A stretch of DNA of 64,000 nt from Shinella sp. (GTDB taxonomy: Bacteria > Pseudomonadota > Alphaproteobacteria > Rhizobiales > Rhizobiaceae). Below, piece by piece: positions 59,656 to 64,000 of the stretch. The stretch's first letter is position 1. Every line of letters starts with the position of its first letter. Under the pieces are notes generated by a model. The model searched no databases. It had not been told where the DNA came from and worked only from the letters and a program-made list of their open reading frames with translations. Both the position numbers and the translations under genes were made by a program. Location: positions 278,191-342,190 of the forward strand of contig JARYGU010000005.1 of the NCBI GenBank assembly GCA_033795365.1, in the 5' to 3' direction.

Positions 59656-60826
59656 AGAGAAGCCGAAGACGGACAAGGCCGACGCCGCTGAGAGGCAGCG
59701 CCGACGCCTCACGGATTTCGTCAAGGCGGAAGCCCGCGAGAAGGGCTTCGACATCTGCCGCATCACCGGACCGGACGCTATTCCTGAAGTGCGGGAGAGG
59801 CTGGCGGAATTTCTCGCGGCCGGGCATCACGGCACCATGGGATGGATGGCCGAAACGGAAGCGCGGCGCGCCGATCCGCGAGTGCTCTGGAGCGAGGTGC
59901 GCTCGATCGTTCTCTTCGGGCTCAATTACGGACCGGACGAAGACCCTCGCGAAATCCTCGCCCGCAAGCACCTTGGCGCGATCTCCGTCTATGCCCGAAA
60001 CCGTGATTACCACGACATCATCAAGGGCAAGCTGAAGGAAGTGGCGACACGGTTTGCTGCGCGCGCAGCTGAAGATGTGAAGGTGTTCGTCGACACGGCC
60101 CCTGTCATGGAGAAACCGCTCGCCATGAAGGCCGGCCTCGGCTGGCAGGGAAAGCATACGAATCTCGTCAGCCGTGAATTCGGGTCCTGGCTTTTTCTCG
60201 GCAGCCTGTTCACGACGGCCGATCTGGCGTTTGACGAGCCTGAAAGGGACCACTGCGGTTCCTGCCGGGCCTGCCTGAATGCCTGCCCGACAGCCGCATT
60301 CCCCGCTCCATACAAGATCGACGCGCGGCGCTGCATCTCCTATCTCACAATCGAGCACAAGGGACAGATCGATCCTTCGCTCAGGCCGCTTATCGGAAAC
60401 CGCATCTACGGCTGCGACGATTGCCTTGCCGCCTGCCCCTGGAACAAATTCGCGGCCGAGGCTTCAGAGATGAAGCTGAAGGCCCGCGAGGATCTGCGCG
60501 CACCGAGCATAGCCTTCCTGCTGGGCTTGGACGATGCGGCATTCCGCAGCTTCTTTTCCGGTTCGCCTGTCAAACGCATCGGCCGCGACCGTTTCGTGCG
60601 CAACGTGCTGATCGCCGCCGGAAATTCCGGCGACAATTCACTCCTGCCGCTCTGTCGCCGGCTTGCGGATGACGCCTCGCCCGTCGTGCGTGGCATGGCC
60701 GTATGGGCGCTCGGTCGACTGATGGAGGCTTCGCAGTTTCGAAGGTTTTCCGCCGCGCGGTCGGCAGCGGAACCCGATCCTGATGTGCGCGCCGAATATG
60801 AGATGGCAGTGGCGGAAACGGTATGA
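59636..60826 (+). CDS. queG: tRNA epoxyqueuosine(34) reductase
   Basis: [16 protein letters not shown]...[11 protein letters not shown]...[14 protein letters not shown] (two 4Fe-4S motifs) and C-terminal HEAT-like repeats. It overlaps the GST gene by 20 nt. Confidence 0.93.
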   Translation: MQTWISEEKPKTDKADAAERQRRRLTDFVKAEAREKGFDICRITGPDAIPEVRERLAEFLAAGHHGTMGWMAETEARRADPRVLWSEVRSIVLFGLNYGPDEDPREILARKHLGAISVYARNRDYHDIIKGKLKEVATRFAARAAEDVKVFVDTAPVMEKPLAMKAGLGWQGKHTNLVSREFGSWLFLGSLFTTADLAFDEPERDHCGSCRACLNACPTAAFPAPYKIDARRCISYLTIEHKGQIDPSLRPLIGNRIYGCDDCLAACPWNKFAAEASEMKLKAREDLRAPSIAFLLGLDDAAFRSFFSGSPVKRIGRDRFVRNVLIAAGNSGDNSLLPLCRRLADDASPVVRGMAVWALGRLMEASQFRRFSAARSAAEPDPDVRAEYEMAVAETV

Positions 60827-61698
60827 TGCAGGTGCTGGTCCTCGGAGCGGGTTTTTCCGGAAAGGCTATCTCCAAGGCTTTCATGGACGAGGGAGCGACG
60901 GTCTTCGGAACGACGCGCTCGCCCGACAAGGCCGAAATGCTGGCCGGGCACGGCATCAAACCCGTCATCTATGACGGATCGGCCGTTTCGCCGGAACTGG
61001 CGGCGGCCATGGCACAGACCACGCATCTCGTGCAGTCGATCGCACCGGGACGCGATGGCGATCCGATGTTCCGGGCTGAAAGTCCGCCGCTTTCCACCCT
61101 GCTTCCGAAACTCGAATGGGCGGCCTATCTCTCGACCGTCGGCGTCTATGGCGATCACAAGGGCGCCTGGGTCGATGAAGCGACCGATCTCAATCCCGTT
61201 TCGGCGCGCTCCCTGGAACGGGTCGAGGCCGAGGCCAACTGGCTGGGCTTCGGTGAAGCCAGCAACCGTCCCGTCGCGATCCTACGGCTCTCCGGGATCT
61301 ATGGACCGGGCCGGAATGCGCTGCGAAACCTTGCGGAAGGGACAGCACGCCGCCTGATCAAGAAGGACCAGGTCTTCAACCGGATCCGCGTCGAGGACAT
61401 AGGCCGCTCCGCCGCATTTCTGGCGGCTCGAAAGCTCGGCGGCGTCTATAATATCACCGATCACGAACCGGGCCCGCCGCAGGACGTGATCGTCGAAGCC
61501 GCAAGAATCATGGGAGCCGAACCGCCGCCCGAAATCCTGTTCGAAGAGGCCGAACTGTCGCCGATGGCGCGTTCCTTCTACAGTGAAAACAAGCGGGTTT
61601 CGAACGCCAAAATCCGTGCGCTCGGCTTCGAATTCCGCTTTCCCGATTACCGTATGTCCCTGGCCGAGCTTTACGAGAGCGGTGACTGGCGGGGCTGA
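60823..61698 (+). CDS. NAD(P)-binding SDR/epimerase-like protein
   Basis: [20 protein letters not shown] (Rossmann fold) ...STVGVYGD...[10 protein letters not shown]. Its ATG overlaps the queG stop (ATGA). Confidence 0.8.
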   Translation: MMQVLVLGAGFSGKAISKAFMDEGATVFGTTRSPDKAEMLAGHGIKPVIYDGSAVSPELAAAMAQTTHLVQSIAPGRDGDPMFRAESPPLSTLLPKLEWAAYLSTVGVYGDHKGAWVDEATDLNPVSARSLERVEAEANWLGFGEASNRPVAILRLSGIYGPGRNALRNLAEGTARRLIKKDQVFNRIRVEDIGRSAAFLAARKLGGVYNITDHEPGPPQDVIVEAARIMGAEPPPEILFEEAELSPMARSFYSENKRVSNAKIRALGFEFRFPDYRMSLAELYESGDWRG

Positions 61699-61888
61699 TT
61701 GCCTGCGGCATGCGCCCATGACGTCATCGCAGAGGGTAGTTCCTGCCCTTTAGCCGCCATATTCCATCGATCAGCACAACCTGTGGATGAGGCCTCCGAT
61801 GAGGAGCCTCGATTCCAGCGTATCAAATCTCCTAACATTGAAAATATTTTCCTCGTTTTCGCGTTTGCCAGCGCGCCTTTTCCAAAAA

Positions 61889-61904
61889 AATCGGAGCTCC
61901 GATT
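61889..61904. repeat. 16-bp perfect palindrome flanked by an A7/T7 run (possible terminator or operator)
   Basis: AATCGGAGCTCCGATT is preceded by AAAAAA on the + strand, so the - strand reads hairpin followed by TTTTTTTGG. Confidence 0.4.
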
Positions 61905-61992
61905 AATAATTGATTCACAAGAGTTTTTCGGAACCTTTCGCAGAGCGAGAAAAATATACTTCGATAGTCTGAGCGGACTTTCACAGCATAAG

Positions 61993-62008
61993 TTAAATAA
62001 AGCTAAAC
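61993..62008 (+). promoter_or_regulatory. CtrA-box-like motif upstream of the RlpA-like gene
   Basis: TTAA-ATAAAGC-TAAAC has one mismatch to TTAA-N7-TTAAC and lies about 90 nt upstream of the ATG at 62097. Confidence 0.25.
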
Positions 62009-62096
62009 GGTTGAGGCACTTTTTCGCCACACTTGGCCTGAATAGGGCGATGGTCATCAGAGAATTCTATTTCATTTCTGAGGGGTCATCTGAACT

Positions 62097-62468
62097 ATGG
62101 TTTTCAAGTGCTCTGCAGTCGCTCTTGCAGCGATCATGGTTACGGCTGCCACTTTTACCACAATGACGGAAGCGAATGCCGCAGGCGACGGCTGCGGCCG
62201 CGCCTCGTGGTATGCGCTGACATCCCGTACCGCTTCCGGCGAACGAATGAACCCGGCCAAGCTCACCGCCGCGCATCGCAGTCTGCGTTTCGGCACCAAG
62301 GTGAGGGTCACCAATTCGCGCAATGGCAAAAGCGTCGTCGTGCGAATAAACGACCGCGGACCGTTCATCCGCGGCCGGGTCATCGATCTTTCTAAGGCGG
62401 CCGCCTCGCATATCGGCATGATCCGTTCCGGGCATGCGAAGGTTTGTTACGAAATCGTCAGCTCCTGA
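62097..62468 (+). CDS. RlpA-like (DPBB-domain) septal lytic transglycosylase family protein
   Basis: A signal peptide (...TEANA/AG), then [57 protein letters not shown]. Confidence 0.85.
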   Translation: MVFKCSAVALAAIMVTAATFTTMTEANAAGDGCGRASWYALTSRTASGERMNPAKLTAAHRSLRFGTKVRVTNSRNGKSVVVRINDRGPFIRGRVIDLSKAAASHIGMIRSGHAKVCYEIVSS

Positions 62469-62539
62469 GCACGGCAATTGTCCATGCGCGTCTTGCTCTT
62501 GCCGTTCATCGCCGTTAAATCGCGGCCAAACGGAGTTGC

Positions 62540-63832
62540 ATGATGCGATTGGGTGGCAGGCTCTCGGGAGCTATCGAAGTCCTTTCCGACATCGAGACGC
62601 GCAAGCGTCCGGTGGCGGATGCGCTGAAGGATTGGGGACTGTCCCACCGCTTCGCGGGATCGGGCGACAGGGCCGCAATCGGCAACATCGTCTACGACGC
62701 CCTGCGCATGAAGCTCTCCCATGCCTGGCTGATGGGCGACGATGGCGCCAGAGCTTTGGGGTTTGCGGTTTTGCTGCGCCAATGGGGTTTCTCGGCCGAA
62801 AAGCTTTCCGGGGAACTCGAAGGCGACAAGTTTGCTCCGGAACCACTTTTGGGCGATGAGATCGCGTCCTTCTCAAGCCGGCGGCTGGAGGAGGCGCCTG
62901 ACCATGTTCAGGGCGATATTCCGGAGTGGATAAAACCATCCTTCGAGACTAATTTTTCAGAAGACTGGCTTGCGGAAGCGAAAGCACTCGCCGGGCGGCC
63001 GACCCTCGATCTTCGGGCCAACACCCTGAAGGCCGACCGCAAAAAGGTGCTGAAGGCGCTTGAGCGAAACGGCGCCGAGCCGACGGGCATCGCCCGGTAC
63101 GGCATCCGCATACCCGCAGGCGAAGGCGCATCGAGGCTGCCCAATGTGACGGCCGATCTTGCTTTCCAGAAGGGCTGGTTCGAAGTTCAGGACGAGGGTT
63201 CTCAGATCGTCGCGGATCTCGTTTTCGCGCAGGAAGGCGAACAGGTCCTCGACTTCTGCGCCGGAGGAGGCGGGAAAACACTGGCGATCGCCGCAGCCAT
63301 GAACAACAAGGGGCAGGTTCATGCCTACGACACCGACCGTAAACGGCTTGCACCGATCATCGAGCGACTAAAGCGTGCCGGCACCCGGAACGTGCAGGTC
63401 CACGAAAGCATTTCCGAACTCCTGCCGCTCGCAGGCCGGTTCGACCGTGTGCTGGTCGATGCGCCCTGCACCGGCACGGGAACCTGGCGCCGGCGCCCCG
63501 ACACCAAATGGAGGCTGACCGAACGCAACCTCGAGGAGCGGCTTTCCCAGCAACAGGAAGCGCTCGCCAATGCCGCTGCATTCGTTCGCCCCGGCGGCCG
63601 CCTTCTTTACATCACATGTTCCGTCCTGCCGGAGGAAAACGAAAACCAGGTTCACACCTTCTGCGAGAAGAATCCCGAGTTCGAAATTCTTTCGGCGGCG
63701 GAAACCTGGCAGGATCTCTTCGGTAGGGACAAGCCCCAGCCTTGGTCCGCCGACAAAAAATCCGTGACGCTGACGCCGGCATCGACCGACACCGACGGCT
63801 TCTTCTTCTGCAGCATGGGCCGGAAGATCTGA
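62540..63832 (+). CDS. rsmB: RsmB/NOP-family rRNA m5C methyltransferase
   Basis: FQKGWFEVQDEGSQ...VLDFCAGGGGKT...VLVDAPCTGTGTWRRRPD...LLYITCS...TDGFF. Confidence 0.9.
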   Translation: MMRLGGRLSGAIEVLSDIETRKRPVADALKDWGLSHRFAGSGDRAAIGNIVYDALRMKLSHAWLMGDDGARALGFAVLLRQWGFSAEKLSGELEGDKFAPEPLLGDEIASFSSRRLEEAPDHVQGDIPEWIKPSFETNFSEDWLAEAKALAGRPTLDLRANTLKADRKKVLKALERNGAEPTGIARYGIRIPAGEGASRLPNVTADLAFQKGWFEVQDEGSQIVADLVFAQEGEQVLDFCAGGGGKTLAIAAAMNNKGQVHAYDTDRKRLAPIIERLKRAGTRNVQVHESISELLPLAGRFDRVLVDAPCTGTGTWRRRPDTKWRLTERNLEERLSQQQEALANAAAFVRPGGRLLYITCSVLPEENENQVHTFCEKNPEFEILSAAETWQDLFGRDKPQPWSADKKSVTLTPASTDTDGFFFCSMGRKI

Positions 63833-63845
63833 GCGGGCGCCCGCT

Positions 63846-64000
63846 TCAATCCAGCTGGACGGGATATTGCTGGCGCGGCGGAACGAGATGATGCAGCACG
63901 GCAAGCGACACCAACAGCAGGCCGCCGATCATCACCACCTCGAAAAGCTGCCAGGGCGGAAGCTGTGAAACGGACGCCACGAGCGGAACTGCGCCTGCCG
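63846..64000 (-). CDS. 3' end of a membrane-protein gene (5' part outside window)
   Basis: The minus-strand frame is open to the window edge and reads ...AGAVPLVASVSQLPPWQLFEVVMIGGLLLVSLAVLHHLVPPRQQYPVQLD*. It has a hydrophobic segment and GC3-rich codons. No family assignment is possible. Confidence 0.3.
   Translation of the reverse strand, partial: AGAVPLVASVSQLPPWQLFEVVMIGGLLLVSLAVLHHLVPPRQQYPVQLD

Noticed and set aside
61671-62166. ORFs of 128 aa (-) and 155 aa (+) covering the AT-rich spacer before the RlpA-like gene.
   Set aside because: Codon usage is unlike neighbouring genes, with low GC3. The translations have no motifs. The + ORF runs out of frame into the RlpA-like gene.
1-64000. 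A scan for tRNA, rRNA or tmRNA signatures (such as the GGTTCGAATCC T-loop), CRISPR-like regular repeats, transposase, integrase or phage genes, toxin-antitoxin pairs and known defence-system genes.
   Set aside because: None were recognised. The only GGTTCGAA string (about 38887) is inside the GNAT gene with no tRNA context. The window reads as conserved core chromosome.

Overview
This window looks like a GC-rich alpha-proteobacterial core-chromosome segment, probably Rhizobiaceae. From memory, the gene order resembles the Sinorhizobium/Ensifer-Rhizobium chromosome: tme/maeB-olsB ... lptCAB-rpoN-hpf-ptsN, grpE ... hrcA-rph-rdgB-hemW, dnaA-rpsT-mutM-ubiEB. I could not confirm this by any search. 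I call 64 protein-coding genes with reasonable support and 2 tentative ones; coding density is high and almost all are housekeeping. They cover LPS transport, sigma-54, heat shock, dnaA and dnaN, ubiquinone, CoA, thiamine, glutathione and cysteine metabolism, the ugpBAEC transporter, RNA-modification enzymes and membrane-lipid genes (olsB, pmtA). I found no rRNA, tRNA, CRISPR array, transposase, integrase or prophage module, and no GC-skewed island carrying genes. I found no convincing novel multi-gene system such as a defence island. The observations worth a second look are small or regulatory:
- a TPP riboswitch ahead of thiD;
- Pho-box-like repeats ahead of ugpB and olsB;
- a perfect alpha-type LexA box ahead of comM;
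- a GANTC (CcrM-site) cluster in an 820-bp ORF-free dnaA upstream region;
- a terminator-like hairpin and 24-codon uORF abutting lptC;
- a mosaic of palindromes between cysK and comM;
- a 42%-GC spacer ahead of an RlpA-like gene;
- a possibly unannotated 50-codon exported Cys peptide;
- a Kv-like K+ channel with a C-terminal zinc ribbon;
- a basic low-complexity N-terminal extension on an RNA methyltransferase.
Many long antisense shadow ORFs in the track are GC artefacts. The track also shows non-ATG starts as M, so several start codons were re-chosen by hand and remain uncertain.
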